DNA of 64,000 nt, taken from Anolis carolinensis. Taxonomy: Eukaryota. This document shows positions 62,198 through 64,000 of the stretch, piece after piece. The position numbers and the translations under genes were made by a program. The stretch spans positions 327,431,402-327,495,401 of the forward strand of contig NC_085841.1 of assembly GCF_035594765.1 (NCBI RefSeq), written 5' to 3'. How positions within the stretch are numbered: position 1 is the stretch's first letter; every line of letters begins with the position of its first letter. The notes below the pieces were generated by a model. That model was given only the letters and a program-made list of their open reading frames with translations, ran no database searches and was not told where the DNA came from.

Positions 62198-63174
62198 CTG
62201 AGGTTAATAGTGGCAAATGAACATGGAAACATGGAAAAATATGTTTAGAATTTCACTTGTCCCAGAGCCAGGTAGGTAGATGGGTGATTGTGTGGGTAGG
62301 TTTAAAACCTGTGTTTCATGTGGCTAGGATATACCGCTTGGACAAGCTACATTTTTTTGGAATACAACTCCCAGAATTCTTAGTTGGAATTGGCCTGTGC
62401 CTATACTGGTTTGAGGGTTATGGGGTTTGTAGCGCGACAAGTAGTTTTATAGGACCAAGTACATTTCATTATTAACTCCCCATCCTGTTGCCCTCCAATT
62501 ATGTTACATTACATTCCCACACAACATTACCGGTTGTGGCTGGGGATTGTGGGATTTCTACTTTAACACATGGGGAAGTCTGATGTGCTCCACACTTATG
62601 GAAAACTTCTCTAGCAAATCAGAGAAAGATCTTTTCCTTTACTAGTCAACTACCAGGCTACAAACAATCAACATAAGTGCAGAGAGAAAGAAATGAGGGA
62701 GACTTGTGTTTTTTTGGGGGAAAGTGGAAGTACAGGATGCTTCAGGAAATGTTTGACACATGCTCTGAGGCACTCAAAACATTTCAGATTAGAAATTCTT
62801 GATTCCAGGTTTGCTGACCAATGTTTGTTCTAATTTGACTTTAAAAACTGCTGCTGTTACATGCCTGTAAATCAATGCCAACTTATAGCAAACCTATTTT
62901 AGGAATTTTTTGGGTAAGATTTATTCAGACGACATTTGCAATTTGATAATAATGTATTTATTACTCGCCTCTCCCTGCGGCTCGAGGCAGGATACAACCT
63001 CATTAAAACAAGACATAAAACACTAATATGTTCTCTCTAGGCAGTTTCAATGTCCTCCAGTGCAGCACTATGATTTTCTTGAGTTTGAAGCCCTTCATTT
63101 TGACTGAAGATGTATCCCCCATGGATACAAGGGTTGTACTATATTGTAGTTCAATTTATACAGAGGACACTTGC

Positions 63175-63471
63175 CTCTAAAGTTAACAACAATTGCACAA
63201 TGTTAGATACAAGATTCCAGCTGCAGGTTCAAGTTTGGTCTACCATGAAATGTAATTCATTGATATACCTCTACTACAGATAAAACAGCTATAACGAGAG
63301 AAAAGGATACTTATATCTTGCAATGAAGCCACTGTAAATATGAAGACTAATAGTGGGAATACCTAAATCGCCACCCATCACAATCTTCTTCCAGATACTC
63401 AGTTGCGTTCAGAAGTGTTGTTCTTCTTCACTTTTCATGAAGAACTCAAACTCCTTTTTTGCAAAGTCCAT
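63175..63471 (-). pseudogene. Two 5' exon remnants (63363-63471, 63175-63288) separated by a 74-nt intron
   Basis: MDFAKKEFEFFMKSEEEQHF*TQLSIWKKIVMGGDL / AVLSVVEVYQ*ITFHGRPNLNLQLESCI*HCAIVVNFR; acceptor ccttttctctcgttatag|, donor GAG|GCAAGT; three stops make these the weakest exons. Confidence 0.45.
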
Positions 63472-64000
63472 GAAACAAGAACAAAAATAGAGTAAGATTC
63501 CCTTTGCTATCTTATTTTTGCATCCCAGCAACCCAAAGACTCACTGTTACATTTTGTTTCAGTGGCTAACTACTTGTAAGCATATATTTAACAAAGGAAT
63601 TGACATTAAGAAATTCCTCTTAAACACTTTTAAACAAAGTTCATAGTTTCCAGTAAAACATCCCCACCATGTATTCAAATATATACTACAAGCTTCTCAT
63701 CAGACTATTGTTCCACCAAGTGAATAGTGTCCTAAGCTAGTTGCCCAATGATTTGAATTCCATATTTTCATTTAGATATGAATGGGTATGCTTTGGATTT
63801 CATATCTTTATACTTGCAATCAGTAAGAATAGCTTCTTCACACCTAAGTCCCAATCCAACCACTAGACAGTTAGAGTAAATCAATTGCTGAATGGTAAAT
63901 CAACCCTTAGGTAAATCTCATTATTAAGTAGGTCTTATTGTTGCTAGAAGTACTAATTTTCAGGCATGCTTGTATTAATACAAGATAAACGGCATAAAAC

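Larger units (their letters stand above)
49413..63471 (-). pseudogene. Putative unitary (intron-containing) pseudogene of an unrecognised protein, at least 10 exons
   Basis: Exons 63363-63471, 63175-63288, 62070-62197, 61550-61750, 61187-61395, 60156-60339, 57823-58020, 57300-57434, 54743-54920 and 49413-49573 have AG/GT(GC) borders with matching phases; 1617 nt = 539 codons with 6 internal stops. Confidence 0.65.

Overview
Vertebrate genomic DNA from a squamate reptile (Sauria SINEs plus CR1, L2, RTE/BovB, Penelope, and hAT/Mariner/Harbinger MITEs; the repeat mix is typical of an anole lizard). The one confidently recognisable host gene is SLC25A21 (mitochondrial 2-oxodicarboxylate carrier). 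Its coding exon 1 lies on the minus strand at 38034-38100 in a CpG island, so bases 1-38033 are part of its very large first intron. A second CpG promoter on the plus strand at about 43.9-44.2 kb is, by vertebrate synteny (PAX9-SLC25A21-MIPOL1-FOXA1), probably the non-coding 5' end of MIPOL1. Two things the ORF track does not show stand out. (1) A chain of at least 10, probably 13, minus-strand exon remnants at 49.4-63.5 kb splices in consistent phase into about 539 codons with six premature stops; this looks like a dead multi-exon gene whose family I cannot name. (2) A hammerhead-ribozyme core (9757-9815, minus) sits inside a 733-bp unit bounded by about 68-bp direct repeats, resembling a Penelope/retrozyme-like element. 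Also present are candidate developmental enhancers (PBX-HOX/MEIS, SOX and T-box motifs), a GC-rich hAT element with nested palindromes, a solo LTR and nested TE insertions. Most ORFs in the supplied track are TE fragments or chance ORFs.
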